Assembly: GCA_038131935.1 (NCBI GenBank)
Contig: JAYPQH010000003.1
Location: forward strand, 1-37,764
Length of the DNA: 37,764 nt
DNA from: Alphaproteobacteria bacterium
Lineage (GTDB): Bacteria; Pseudomonadota; Alphaproteobacteria; UBA8317
Reading direction: 5' to 3'
Made by a program: the position numbers and the translations under genes
Part shown: positions 8,988-19,269 of the stretch, in pieces
Position numbering within the stretch: position 1 is the first letter of the stretch
Layout: the number at the start of each line of letters is the position of its first letter
Notes under the pieces: generated by a model
Told to the model about the DNA's origin: nothing
The model's input: the letters and a program-made list of their open reading frames with translations, nothing else
Databases searched by the model: none

Positions 8988-10361
8988 TTACACCCCTTCA
9001 GCGTTCATCAATTGTTCTATCAGGTGATAGATAGCATTTACATGCGCGATTTGCTTGTACCCCTCCTTAGAAGGGAACTCCAGCCCAGAATGTGGAATAA
9101 TACCACGTTGATAACCCAAACGTCTTGCTTCTTCTAAACGTTCAGATAGTTGACGCACGGCGCGCACTTCTCCTGTGAGCCCCAGCTCCCCAATAGCCAT
9201 GTAGTCAGATGGTAGTGCAATATCATGTAATGCACTAAGAATGGCAACGACGATAGCCAAATCCAGTGATGTATCAGAAACTTTTAGACCACCCATGACG
9301 GTTACAAAAACATCATGCCGGGATACGTCAATGCCTGCTCTTGCCTCGATCACAGCCAACAACATACCAAGTCTATGACTATCAAATCCAACAGCACTTC
9401 TTTTGGGGGTCGCGTAACCTGTTGGGGTTGTCAGAGCCTGGATTTCTCCAAGTAGAGGTCTTGTCCCTTCAAGGGATGAAAACACCACTGAACCAGCAAT
9501 ATGGTTTGAGCGCCCTGAAAGCAGATGTGCCGATGGGTTTTCTACAGATTTAAGGCCATTGATGGTCATGTCGAAAACCCCAATTTCAGCCGTGTTGCCA
9601 AAACGATTTTTGGTGGCTCTCAAGATACGAAATTGGTGAGAGCCATCACCCTCAAATTGCAAGACTACATCTACCAGATGCTCAACAACCCTCGGTCCTG
9701 CGAGCTGGTTATCTTTGGTGACATGGCCCACCAATATAAGAGTGACGTTATGCTTTTTTGTCCATTGTACCAATTCATGAACACAACCCCGAACCTGATT
9801 GATGCTTCCTGGTGGTCCAGATAGTTCGGTGCTAAACAATGTTTGCATAGAGTCGACAATCATAAATTGTGGCTTCGGTTGCGCCGCTTTCATAATTGAT
9901 ACAAGTTTATCAACGTCTGTGCACGTGGTTGCACGAATATTATCTGTTGTGGGTAATTGTAGTCTATGTACGCGCCCGGCGACTTGTTCGGCAGATTCTT
10001 CACCACAAACATAGGCAATGACTTGCTCATTCGCTGCCAAATGCCCGGCGAGCTGCGTTAATAAAGTCGATTTTCCAATTCCAGGAGGACCGCTGATGAG
10101 TACCACGGATCCCTGCACCAATCCGCCTCCAAGGCAACGATCAAATTCAGAAATATAAGTAGGCTGGCGATCTATTCCTGATGCCAATGGTTGTAACGGT
10201 AACAATTCATCTGTTTGCATCAGTATTGTTGATTTTTTGTGGGTATCTCGGTCTCTCGCTTCAATCTGCCCCCAGCTGTTGCAGGATGGACATTGGCCTG
10301 ACCATTGTGCCTGAACATGCTGGCATTGAAGGCATACGAATTCTTGTTTGATTTTTCGCAA
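8988..10361 (-). CDS. radA: DNA repair protein RadA/Sms
   Basis: C4 zinc finger (CLQC...CPSC), Walker A GPPGIGKS, KNRFG motif and Lon-like C-terminus. TTG start. Confidence 0.97.
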   Translation of the reverse strand: MRKIKQEFVCLQCQHVQAQWSGQCPSCNSWGQIEARDRDTHKKSTILMQTDELLPLQPLASGIDRQPTYISEFDRCLGGGLVQGSVVLISGPPGIGKSTLLTQLAGHLAANEQVIAYVCGEESAEQVAGRVHRLQLPTTDNIRATTCTDVDKLVSIMKAAQPKPQFMIVDSMQTLFSTELSGPPGSINQVRGCVHELVQWTKKHNVTLILVGHVTKDNQLAGPRVVEHLVDVVLQFEGDGSHQFRILRATKNRFGNTAEIGVFDMTINGLKSVENPSAHLLSGRSNHIAGSVVFSSLEGTRPLLGEIQALTTPTGYATPKRSAVGFDSHRLGMLLAVIEARAGIDVSRHDVFVTVMGGLKVSDTSLDLAIVVAILSALHDIALPSDYMAIGELGLTGEVRAVRQLSERLEEARRLGYQRGIIPHSGLEFPSKEGYKQIAHVNAIYHLIEQLMNAEGV

Positions 10362-10384
10362 GAGGCTAAATCCTTCGTGATGAT

Positions 10385-11134
10385 TTAGGTTAAAGGACCA
10401 TCAGCATAACCGTTGATGAATTGGTCTACATAAGCATTGTTTGACTGCTTAACGTTACTTGAAGGACCTTTCCACAACACAGCTCCTTTGTGAAGCATGG
10501 CGATTTCATCTCCTATATATTGTGCACTGGTCATATCATGGGTGATCGTTATGGTGGTTGCTCCCAAGTTATCTACGATTTTACGAATGAGCTTATTGAT
10601 CAACCCAGACATGATTGGATCTAACCCAGATGTTGGTTCATCAAAAAATATAACTTCTGGGTTGTTCGCAATGGCTCTTGCCAGACCAACCCGTTTTTGC
10701 ATGCCTCCGGAAAGTTCGACAGGAAATAGGTCGGAAACTTCAGCGCTTAATCCGACGTCATGAAGCTTTTCTAAAGCCAGCTCACGCGCTTGTTTTCGAC
10801 CAATATCGCCGGCTTGCAGTTGTGCAAATGAAATATTTTCCCATACCTTTAGGGAGTCAAAAAGGGCACCTCCTTGAAACAGCATGCCAAATTTGGGTCC
10901 CATGCGTCGGTGTAAAGGAATTTTGGTTACATCCTGCCCTGCAATAAATACCCTGCCTTTGTCTGGCGTAATAATATTGAGGATGCATTTGAGCAAAACT
11001 GACTTTCCAGTTCCAGAACCACCAATGATGACCAATGATTGGCCTTTAGGTACCTCAAGGTTAATACCACTCAGGACAGTTTTGCTTCCAAAAGATTTTT
11101 CAATGGATTCCAGTTTTATTGTGGGTGCGGTCAT
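10385..11134 (-). CDS. mlaF: MlaF/Mkl-type ABC transporter ATP-binding protein
   Basis: GGSGTGKS, LFQGGALFDS, LSGGMQKRVGLARA and FFDEPTSGLDP; adjacent to mlaE. Confidence 0.88.
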   Translation of the reverse strand: MTAPTIKLESIEKSFGSKTVLSGINLEVPKGQSLVIIGGSGTGKSVLLKCILNIITPDKGRVFIAGQDVTKIPLHRRMGPKFGMLFQGGALFDSLKVWENISFAQLQAGDIGRKQARELALEKLHDVGLSAEVSDLFPVELSGGMQKRVGLARAIANNPEVIFFDEPTSGLDPIMSGLINKLIRKIVDNLGATTITITHDMTSAQYIGDEIAMLHKGAVLWKGPSSNVKQSNNAYVDQFINGYADGPLT

Positions 11135-11928
11135 TGTGAAAAGAACACCTCAGTAAGAATATAATTGGCTGCCAAAATAAGAACGCAGGATAGAACAACG
11201 GCATGAGTCGTTGCTTTTCCAACCCCTTGCGCACCACGATCTGCATGGAATCCCTGATAACAGCCTACAGCTGCAATCAAAAACCCAAACACTGCAGCTT
11301 TAGCCAAACCAGAGAGCACATCTTCAGTTTGTAAGAAATCAATTGTGTTGTTGAGGTATGTTGCTGGATCAAAACCCAATCTATTGGTACCTACCAAAAA
11401 ACCTCCCCAAACGCCGATGATATCAGCTACCAAAACAAGTATGGGCATGGATAATGTGGCTGCCAATAAACGTGGAAATACCAAATAGCGCATAGGGTCT
11501 GTGGACAAAGTTGTGAGGGCATCAATTTGCTCTGATACCTTCATGGTGCCTATTTCTGCCGCAATAGCTGCGGCCACACGTCCCGCCAACATAAGGCCAC
11601 CGAGCACGGGCCCTAACTCTCTTGTAATTCCAAGGACAACAATAGAGGCAACGATCCCCTCAGCATTAAAACGTGAACCACCTATATAAATTTGAAGTGC
11701 CAACACTGCACCTGTGAAAAGAGCTGTGAGGCCAATCACTGGGAGTGATAAAAATCCAATACGGATGAACTGTTCAGCAATGACCCTGGGGTAATAAGGT
11801 GGTTGAATCCCTCGTATCAGGGACATGCCAACAAACGTAAAAAATCGACCAACAAGCCCACAAAATGCGAGAACAGTTTGCCCTACAACACCACAAATGG
11901 ACAAAATATAGTCTAGGCTTTTATCCAT
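11131..11928 (-). CDS. mlaE: MlaE family ABC transporter permease
   Basis: RELGPVL, AEIGTMKVSEQIDAL and GAQGVGKATT. Start could be 11928 or 11940. Confidence 0.92.
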   Translation of the reverse strand: MDKSLDYILSICGVVGQTVLAFCGLVGRFFTFVGMSLIRGIQPPYYPRVIAEQFIRIGFLSLPVIGLTALFTGAVLALQIYIGGSRFNAEGIVASIVVLGITRELGPVLGGLMLAGRVAAAIAAEIGTMKVSEQIDALTTLSTDPMRYLVFPRLLAATLSMPILVLVADIIGVWGGFLVGTNRLGFDPATYLNNTIDFLQTEDVLSGLAKAAVFGFLIAAVGCYQGFHADRGAQGVGKATTHAVVLSCVLILAANYILTEVFFSQ

Positions 11929-12967
11929 GATAAGATGCATCCTCCACCCAAGACTTACTTCCTCTGAATTGGTTTCCTATAGCTGTGAGTATTTCATAGC
12001 TTATCGTTCCTGCCGCTTGCGCCAAACTGATAAGATCCTGAGATGTTTTTATCAATGAAATATAGTTAGGGGTTACCAAAGGATCTGGATCTAAACCCAC
12101 AACACAGCTGTCCATGGATATGCGACCGAGAAATGAAATAGCTATATTATCTGAGGTTCTATAAGTTTGATGGGAGAGGCTGCGTGGGAGTCCATCCGCA
12201 TAACCTACGGGTAAGACGTAAGCATTTTGGCGTCTTTGTGCTACATAACTTGCGCCATATCCAACAGTATCTCCACGGTTTAAAGTCCGTTTTTGCATGA
12301 TAGGGGCATGTAAAGATATAACATTTTTGAGTTGGTTGTGCGGAATCCCACCATATAAGGCAATACCTGGACGGCTGAGATCATGATGGGACATGGGATG
12401 GTACAAGAGTCCCCCTGAGTTGGCCAAACTTGCAATTTGGGGCTGGTATGAATCAATGATTTTTTGAAAAACTTCTATCTGTATTTTTGTGGCTTTGTGG
12501 TCTGGTTCATCAGCACATGAAAAGTGGGACATGGCCATAAAAGGGATTTGGGGTACTTCTGAAAGCTGATCCTGTGAAATGCCAAAACGATTCATTCCTG
12601 TATCAATATGCACGCAGCTGTGATCAAGAGATGGCATCTGTGACAACTCCTCCATGTTGTTGATAACAGGGATCACATGAGGGTTTTGGAGCATTTCAGG
12701 GGTAAGCAATGAAGCTCCATTTAAAATATACAGTTGCATATCATCTTTAAGGAAGGGGGCAACTGCATCATATTCTTGAGGTTGGGCAATAAAAAAATCA
12801 CGACAGCCTTCATGGCGCAAAATAGGAATTATTTTTTCAACAGAAAGGCCATAAGCATTGGCCTTTACAACTGCACCTGTTCGACCAAATTTATGAATGT
12901 TTCGTAATGTTAGATAATTGTGGCGAACCGCAGCCAAATTTACAGTGAGTTGCGGTTTGGCTATCAT
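11921..12967 (-). CDS. alr: Alanine racemase
   Basis: AVVKANAYG (PLP lysine), DTGMNRFG, RPGIALYG, VGYG, GYADG, GRISMD and GTISYE. Start placed at ATG 12967, just after the dnaB stop. Confidence 0.95.
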   Translation of the reverse strand: MIAKPQLTVNLAAVRHNYLTLRNIHKFGRTGAVVKANAYGLSVEKIIPILRHEGCRDFFIAQPQEYDAVAPFLKDDMQLYILNGASLLTPEMLQNPHVIPVINNMEELSQMPSLDHSCVHIDTGMNRFGISQDQLSEVPQIPFMAMSHFSCADEPDHKATKIQIEVFQKIIDSYQPQIASLANSGGLLYHPMSHHDLSRPGIALYGGIPHNQLKNVISLHAPIMQKRTLNRGDTVGYGASYVAQRRQNAYVLPVGYADGLPRSLSHQTYRTSDNIAISFLGRISMDSCVVGLDPDPLVTPNYISLIKTSQDLISLAQAAGTISYEILTAIGNQFRGSKSWVEDASYHG

Positions 12968-12968
12968 C

Positions 12969-14404
12969 TTATCGTTGCCAATCATCATGGTGGGCAAGAT
13001 TTCCAAAGCGTGTAAAGTCCGCGTTAAAATGCAATTTTGTTGTACCGATAGGACCATGGCGTTGTTTTCCAATAATCACCTCAGCCATGCCGTATACTTC
13101 ATCCATTTTTTGCTTCCATTGTTCATGCTCCGCGGTTCCTTCGCGTGGCTCGGTACGTCCAACATAATATTCTTCACGATAAACAAACATGACCACATCA
13201 GCATCTTGTTCAATAGAACCGGATTCACGCAAATCCGATAATTGAGGCCTCTTATCTTCGCGCTGCTCCACCGCACGTGATAGCTGGGATAGGGCCAAAA
13301 CAGGGAGGTTCAATTCCTTTGCAAGTGCCTTCAATCCTTGTGTGATCTCGCTCAATTCTTGTACCCTGTTATCACCACCGCGTCCTGCGGGCCGCAATAG
13401 TTGAAGGTAATCTACCACAACCAGTCCAATATTTTTTTGGCGTTTAAGGCGCCGACATCTTGCAGCAAGTGTGCTGATCGGTAGGGCTGGGTGTCGTCAA
13501 TGAACAACTCTATTTCTTCCAATCGCCTTGCCACCTCTGCGAGCCTAGACATTTCCTCTTTGGTTATCTGGCCTCGCCTGATTTTGCTGGAATTGATTTC
13601 TGATTGTTCGGACAAAATTCGTGCGGCAAGTTGTTCAGCAGACATTTCCAGTGAAAAAAAAGCCACTGGTGCCCCATTGATTAGCTTTTTATCTCCAGAT
13701 TCCGTTTTGCCGCGTCGGCAAGCATTGGCCACATTAAATGCGATGGACGTTGCAAGTGCTGTTTTCCCCATGGAAGGGCGACCGGCCAAAATGAGCAAGT
13801 CGGATTCATGCAACCCACCAAGATTTTTATCCAGGTCCTGAAGCCCAGTTGAATGGCCCGCAAGACCACCATCACGCATGAACGCAGCTTCTGCATTCTC
13901 GATTGCTTGTTGCATAGCTTCTTGAAAGGAAATGGCCCCGCCTTCATACCGTCCACGCTCTGCCATTCGGTAGAGATCTTGTTCAGCAAGAGAGATCAAT
14001 TGCTCTGCGTCAACATCTAATTTTTCACGAGCACGATTTGCGAGATCGCCACTAACACGTATCAATTCTCTACGTATGGCCAAGTCATGAACAACACGCG
14101 CATATTCAGGGGCTTTGCTAACCGATACAACTTCCGTTGCTAAGTTTGCCAGAAAGGCATCGATATTCTCCATGCCTTGGAAATTTTCATTGGCGCGCAA
14201 CGTATGTGCTAGAGTAATCGCATTAATGGTTCGCCCACGAGGAATTTGCACACAAGCTTCAGCATAAATACTAGCATAACGAGGATCAGAAAAATGTTCC
14301 TCCATCAGAAAGCTACTTAAGCTGTCAAAAACATTATTGTCAGCCATAAGGGCGCTGATTACAGCTTGCTCTGCATTCAAGTTAACAGTTGTCATTCCAT
14401 TCAT
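12969..14404 (-). CDS. dnaB: Replicative DNA helicase; one frameshift near 13490
   Basis: [22 protein letters not shown] and [13 protein letters not shown]. Adding one C restores [20 protein letters not shown] between the two ORFs. Confidence 0.97.
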
Positions 14405-14481
14405 GATAAACTCTCTTTTTGCGTACGCTATCATGAGCGGTATAGAAAATTCAGTAAATATTTTTATTTTTCAAAGGGCAT

Positions 14482-14513
14482 AAAAAAAGCTCTGGGCTTC
14501 GCCAGAGCTTTTT
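14482..14513 (-). terminator. Rho-independent terminator after rplI, potentially bidirectional
   Basis: A7-GCTCTGG-gcttcg-CCAGAGC-T5: a 7-bp stem flanked by A and T tracts, giving a U7 tail on the minus strand. Confidence 0.85.
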
Positions 14514-14528
14514 AGAATTTTTTTGAGA

Positions 14529-15110
14529 TTAAAGATCAGCAGGACCGTCTTCATCACGGAACGAGTTTTCCGCCATATCCCTAGCCATTTCATCGGCCTC
14601 CGTCTCACGCATACGGCGTGCTTCCTCAACCACATCAACCCCACTAGCTTGTAGCTCTGCTTCTTCTTCAGAGCGGGCAATGTTGATTGTTACCGTTGCT
14701 GTTACTTCACCATGAAGTCGAATTGTAACATCCGTTAAGCCAAGATTTTTGATGGGTTGGTTAAGTTCCACCTGACCACGTGCAACACGCTGACCACCTG
14801 CTGTTATCATTTCAGCGATGTCTCTTGTGCTTACAGAGCCATACAAAAGGCCCGTTTCTGACGCAGAGCGGATGGCCACATAGCGCCTTGAATCAATAGC
14901 CACTTTTACACTTTCTGCATCAGCTTTATCAGCCGCATTCCGCGCAAGGATCGCCTCGCGTTCGCGCTCAAAGCGCTCTTTGTTTGCTGCTGTTGCTCTT
15001 AGCGCTTTTCCTTTTGGAAGCAAAAAATTGCGGGCAAAGCCAGGTTTTACACGAACGATATCGCCGATAGCACCTAATTTTTCTACCCGCTCAAGAAGGA
15101 TAATTTCCAT
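14529..15110 (-). CDS. rplI: 50S ribosomal protein L9
   Basis: VKPGFARNFLLP and LYGSV, with the acidic C-terminal tail typical of Alphaproteobacteria. Confidence 0.98.
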   Translation of the reverse strand: MEIILLERVEKLGAIGDIVRVKPGFARNFLLPKGKALRATAANKERFEREREAILARNAADKADAESVKVAIDSRRYVAIRSASETGLLYGSVSTRDIAEMITAGGQRVARGQVELNQPIKNLGLTDVTIRLHGEVTATVTINIARSEEEAELQASGVDVVEEARRMRETEADEMARDMAENSFRDEDGPADL

Positions 15111-15121
15111 ATCTAATCTCC

Positions 15122-15364
15122 TTACTTCACAACATAGGGAAGCAGGCCAATGTAACGAGCGCGCTTGATAGCACGGGCCAACTCACGTTGTTTCGGGGCT
15201 GACACAGCCGTAATTCGGCTCGGGACAATTTTACCACGTTCTGAAAGAAAGCGCTGCAAAAGTTTTGTGTCTTTATAATCTATTTTAGGCGCATCTGAGC
15301 CTGAAAACGGACATGATTTGCGCCGACGCACGAAAGCCCGGCGAGGTTGACGTTGTTGGGTCAT
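15122..15364 (-). CDS. rpsR: 30S ribosomal protein S18
   Basis: [24 protein letters not shown] and AIKRAR. Confidence 0.98.
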   Translation of the reverse strand: MTQQRQPRRAFVRRRKSCPFSGSDAPKIDYKDTKLLQRFLSERGKIVPSRITAVSAPKQRELARAIKRARYIGLLPYVVK

Positions 15365-15774
15365 TCGGAGTCTCCATTCTGCCTATCTTCGTAAGCCGCC
15401 CTACCACGATCGTCACCATCATCATCACGACGAGGCTTGCGGCGGTCACCGCCTTTATTTTGTAGAATTACAGATGGTCCCTCGGGATGCTTGTCCACCT
15501 TAATGGTCAAATGTCTGATAATATCCTCATCGAATCTCATCAAACGTTCCATCTCGTGCACTGCATCTGATGATGCACTTATATTGAGAAGCACATAATG
15601 ACCCTTGCGGTATTTCTTAATCGGGTAAGCCAGTGACCGGAGTCCCCAATATTCAGAATTTACAATTTCACCGCCATGGTTTGAAATGATCTCACTATAT
15701 TTCTGCCCTAAGGCTTCAGCTTGTGAGTGGCTGAGATCCTGACGCGCAATAAACACGTGTTCATAAAGTTTCAT
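15361..15774 (-). CDS. rpsF: 30S ribosomal protein S6
   Basis: [25 protein letters not shown] and GHY. Confidence 0.98.
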   Translation of the reverse strand: MKLYEHVFIARQDLSHSQAEALGQKYSEIISNHGGEIVNSEYWGLRSLAYPIKKYRKGHYVLLNISASSDAVHEMERLMRFDEDIIRHLTIKVDKHPEGPSVILQNKGGDRRKPRRDDDGDDRGRAAYEDRQNGDSE

Positions 15775-15780
15775 TTTTCA

Positions 15781-15899
15781 TCCTTCAGGTTCAGGCCCTT
15801 AGTATTGCTTATGCCATACCATACCGTATGGCTTTCACGCTTACACAAGGCCATCCACGCACCATGCGTGGATATGGTTGACCAGATAAGGCTGGAGTC
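15781..15899 (-). promoter_or_regulatory. Structured 5' leader of the rpsF-rpsR-rplI operon (candidate cis-regulatory RNA)
   Basis: Hairpins at 15882-15895, 15853-15873 (9-bp perfect) and 15813-15832 (7-bp perfect). The last is enclosed by 15847-15852 pairing with 15794-15800. SD GAAGGA at 15786-15781. Confidence 0.45.
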
Positions 15900-15967
15900 T
15901 TAACCAGAAAAAAGGAATTTTATCAAGCCATGAGCACATCTTAAGCTCACAATGTTGAAAAGGATAC

Positions 15968-16918
15968 ATGATGACAAAGATTGCATTACTTTTTCCAGGC
16001 CAAGGTAGCCATGCGGTGGGTATGGGAAAGTTATTGTCTGAAACATCAACCGCCGCACGCGCCGTGTTTCATGAGGTGGATGACGCTCTAGGTTTTTCAT
16101 TAACGGATATTATGTGGAACGGGCCAGAAGAAGAGCTTGTTTTAACGGCACATGCCCAGCCTGCAATCATGTCTTGTTCAATGGCAGTGTTGGCAATGAT
16201 AAAAGAACAAATGGGTGACAATGTTATGTCAGCCATTGATGTTGTACTCGGACATTCTTTGGGCGAATATTCTGCCTATTGCGCCGTGGGCGCAATAGAT
16301 TTGTCAACAACCGCGAAACTTCTAAGATTGCGTGGTGAAGCAATGCAAGCCGCGGTACCTCAAGGTGAGGGAAAAATGGCTGCCATTCTTGGCTTGGATG
16401 TTGAGCAGATCGAGCAAGTTTGTAAAGAAGTATCACAAACTTCTGTGGTGGTTTTAGCTAATGATAATAGTGTTGGACAGGCGGTTATATCTGGAGCTGC
16501 AGAAGGGGTTTTAAAAGCGTCTACGATACTTTCTGAAAAAGGCGCAAAAAAAGTCGTGCCTTTAAATGTAAGCGCACCATTTCACTCGCCACTTATGGCT
16601 CCGGCAACGGCCGTTATGCGTGATGCGCTTGAAAAAACAAATGTTGGTCCTGTTACAACACCTGTCCTGTGCAATGTGGATGTTCAGCCTATTACCAATC
16701 CTGAAAGTGCCGTCGATGGTTTGGTGCGACAAGTTGAGGGGCGCGTGCGTTGGCGTGAGAGCGTAGCTTGGTTGGCAGATAATGAATATACGCACTGTTT
16801 GGAGATAGGCCATGGAAAAGTCATCACAGGAATGATCAAGCGTCAATTGCGCGGAGCTGTTTGTGCCTCTATAGGTTCGCATGAAGATATAAAAATTCTT
16901 GAGGAGGCCCTAAGATGA
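15968..16918 (+). CDS. fabD: Malonyl-CoA:ACP transacylase
   Basis: FPGQGS, GHSLGEY and VSAPFHSPLM. Confidence 0.97.
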   Translation: MMTKIALLFPGQGSHAVGMGKLLSETSTAARAVFHEVDDALGFSLTDIMWNGPEEELVLTAHAQPAIMSCSMAVLAMIKEQMGDNVMSAIDVVLGHSLGEYSAYCAVGAIDLSTTAKLLRLRGEAMQAAVPQGEGKMAAILGLDVEQIEQVCKEVSQTSVVVLANDNSVGQAVISGAAEGVLKASTILSEKGAKKVVPLNVSAPFHSPLMAPATAVMRDALEKTNVGPVTTPVLCNVDVQPITNPESAVDGLVRQVEGRVRWRESVAWLADNEYTHCLEIGHGKVITGMIKRQLRGAVCASIGSHEDIKILEEALR

Positions 16919-17652
16919 TTGATTTGAATGGTGATGTTGCTCTTGTAACAGGGGCTACCGGTGGTATTGGCCAAGCCATTGTTCGATCCTTGTATGATCA
17001 AGGTGCTAAAATTGTCATGACAGGAACCAGAGAAACCATCCTTAATGAATTGTCCGAACAATATGATGATCGAGTTACAGCGGTCACATGCAACTTATCA
17101 ATACGAGAAGACGTAGCTCAGTTGTTCGAACGTGCAACAGAAATTTATGGTGCGCCAAATATTTTGGTAAATAACGCTGGCATCACCCAAGATCAACTTA
17201 CCATGCGGATGAAGGATGATGATTTCGTCCAAGTTCTTGAAATCAACCTTCGTGCTGCCTTCGCTTTAAGTAGGTCAGCGCTGAGAAGTATGATGAAAGC
17301 TCGTTATGGTCGTATTGTACAAATAGGCTCCGTTGTGGGAACCACAGGAAACATGGGTCAAGTAAATTATGCTGCTGCAAAGGCCGGCTTGATAGGCTTG
17401 AGCAAATCACTAGCTCAAGAAGTTGCAAGTCGGAATATCACGGTAAATGTTGTAGCTCCAGGTTTTATCAAAACAGCAATGACCTCTGAGCTAGGTGAAA
17501 CAGTCCATGAAAAATTAATTGCATCAATTCCCATGGGGCGTATGGGCAGCCCAGAGGATGTCGCTGCTTGTGTGAGCTTCTTAGTCTCAAAACAGGCCGG
17601 TTATGTGACTGGTCAAACGTTGCATGTAAATGGCGGTATGGCTATGATTTAA
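16915..17652 (+). CDS. fabG: 3-oxoacyl-ACP reductase
   Basis: TGATGGIG, NNAGIT, NYAAAKAG and VAPGFIKT; lies between fabD and acpP. Confidence 0.97.
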   Translation: MIDLNGDVALVTGATGGIGQAIVRSLYDQGAKIVMTGTRETILNELSEQYDDRVTAVTCNLSIREDVAQLFERATEIYGAPNILVNNAGITQDQLTMRMKDDDFVQVLEINLRAAFALSRSALRSMMKARYGRIVQIGSVVGTTGNMGQVNYAAAKAGLIGLSKSLAQEVASRNITVNVVAPGFIKTAMTSELGETVHEKLIASIPMGRMGSPEDVAACVSFLVSKQAGYVTGQTLHVNGGMAMI

Positions 17653-17683
17653 ACGATTCGTTGGGTGATTTAATGATCATCCA

Positions 17684-17717
17684 TTGCACTTTCCTCGAAT
17701 GGGGGTTATGGCCCCAT
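17684..17717 (+). promoter_or_regulatory. Putative acpP promoter overlapped by a small dyad
   Basis: TTGCAC-N17-TATGGC at 17684-17712; ATGGGG/CCCCAT inverted repeat at 17699-17717; AGGAG RBS before acpP. Confidence 0.35.
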
Positions 17718-17770
17718 GATCTATTTTTTAACGGACATGTCTTTGTCCTTTTTGTTTAGGAGTACCACGA

Positions 17771-18007
17771 ATGAGTGATGTTGCGGATCGCGTAAAGAAA
17801 ATTGTTGTGGAACATTTGGGCGTCGATGCTGAGAAAGTAACCGAGGGCGCTAATTTTATTGATGATCTTGGTGCAGACAGCCTAGATACCGTTGAATTGG
17901 TTATGGCATTCGAAGAAGAATTCAGCGTTGAGATCCCTGATGATGCAGCTGAGTCTATTGAGACAGTAGGTGATGCCATCAAGTTCGTGCAAGAGAACAC
18001 CAACTAA
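17771..18007 (+). CDS. acpP: Acyl carrier protein
   Basis: [21 protein letters not shown] phosphopantetheine site. Confidence 0.99.
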   Translation: MSDVADRVKKIVVEHLGVDAEKVTEGANFIDDLGADSLDTVELVMAFEEEFSVEIPDDAAESIETVGDAIKFVQENTN

Positions 18008-18009
18008 TC

Positions 18010-19269
18010 ATGCGCCGTGTTGTTGTAACGGGTCTTGGACTTCTCTCGCCTTTGGCAGATGGAGTTGACACGACCTGGTCTCGCCTCTTGAAAAGTGAGT
18101 CTGCTGCAGGTCCTATCACACGTTTTGATGCGTCTGATTTACCTGTTCGTATTGCTTGTGAAATCAAAACCAAACAGCAACAAGAAGATGGTTTTGATGT
18201 GGATGAGTACTTGGCGTCAAGAGATGTTCGTCGCAACGATATGTTTATCAATTATGCAATCGCGGCGGCAACACAAGCTGTGAAAGATGCTGGAATTGAT
18301 GATCTTAATGATGATCAAAAAGAGCGTACAGGGGTTATCATTGGTTCAGGTATAGGTGGTCTGGACACGATTGCGAGAACGGCCGTGGCCCTTCATGAGC
18401 ATGGGCCAAGGAAAGTATCTCCTTTCTTCATACCTTCATCACTTATCAATCTCGCATCTGGTCAAGTTTCCATTAAATATGGGTTCAAAGGGCCAAACCA
18501 TTCTGTTGTGACGGCTTGTTCAACCGGTGCTCATGCGATTGGCGACGCAGGTCGTCTCATTGCCCTGGGAGACGCCGATATTATGCTGGCTGGTGGTGCT
18601 GAAGGTGCCATCACACGAATAGGTATTGTTGGTTTTAATGCTTGTAAGGCGTTGAGTACGTCGTTCAACGAAGAACCGCATAAAGCGTCTAGACCCTATG
18701 ACGTTGATCGTGATGGGTTTGTCATGGGTGAGGGTGCGGGAGTATTGGTGCTTGAAGAATATGAGCATGCAAAAGCTAGAAATGCTCAAATATATGGCGA
18801 ATTGATTGGTTATGGTTTGTCTGGTGATGCTTACCATATCACGGCGCCGTCTCCCGATGGAGATGGTGGCTACCGCTCCATGCGTTCAGCATTGCAGAAA
18901 GCAGGCATTTCAACTTCAGATATCGCTTATGTGAATGCGCATGGTACTTCTACGCCATTAGGGGATGAGATTGAGCTTTCGGCCGTTGCTCGTTTGTTTG
19001 GGGCGGATGCATCACAATTGGCAATGTCTTCCACGAAATCATCTATTGGTCATTTGTTGGGAGCTGCAGGCGCAGTGGAAGCTATTTTCTCTTTGTTGGC
19101 TATTAGAGATCAGGTTGCACCTCCTACGATAAATTTAGATAACCAGTCAGTGCAAACAGTTATTGACTTAGTGCCTCACGAGCCACAATCACGTAAGATT
19201 GATGTGGTGCTTTCCAACTCGTTTGGATTTGGTGGAACCAACGCGAGTTTGTGTTTCCGGAAAATCTAA
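18010..19269 (+). CDS. fabF: Beta-ketoacyl-ACP synthase II
   Basis: TACSTG, NAHGTST, GHLLGAAG and NSFGFGGTN. Confidence 0.98.
   Translation: MRRVVVTGLGLLSPLADGVDTTWSRLLKSESAAGPITRFDASDLPVRIACEIKTKQQQEDGFDVDEYLASRDVRRNDMFINYAIAAATQAVKDAGIDDLNDDQKERTGVIIGSGIGGLDTIARTAVALHEHGPRKVSPFFIPSSLINLASGQVSIKYGFKGPNHSVVTACSTGAHAIGDAGRLIALGDADIMLAGGAEGAITRIGIVGFNACKALSTSFNEEPHKASRPYDVDRDGFVMGEGAGVLVLEEYEHAKARNAQIYGELIGYGLSGDAYHITAPSPDGDGGYRSMRSALQKAGISTSDIAYVNAHGTSTPLGDEIELSAVARLFGADASQLAMSSTKSSIGHLLGAAGAVEAIFSLLAIRDQVAPPTINLDNQSVQTVIDLVPHEPQSRKIDVVLSNSFGFGGTNASLCFRKI

Noticed and set aside
10385-11928. mlaE-mlaF without mlaD/mlaC as an incomplete or novel transporter
   Set aside because: The alr-mlaE-mlaF-radA order with other mla genes elsewhere is a familiar alphaproteobacterial arrangement.
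12969-14434. Split dnaB as programmed frameshift, intein remnant or two-gene helicase
   Set aside because: One missing C restores a normal-length continuous DnaB, with no slippery heptamer or inserted sequence.
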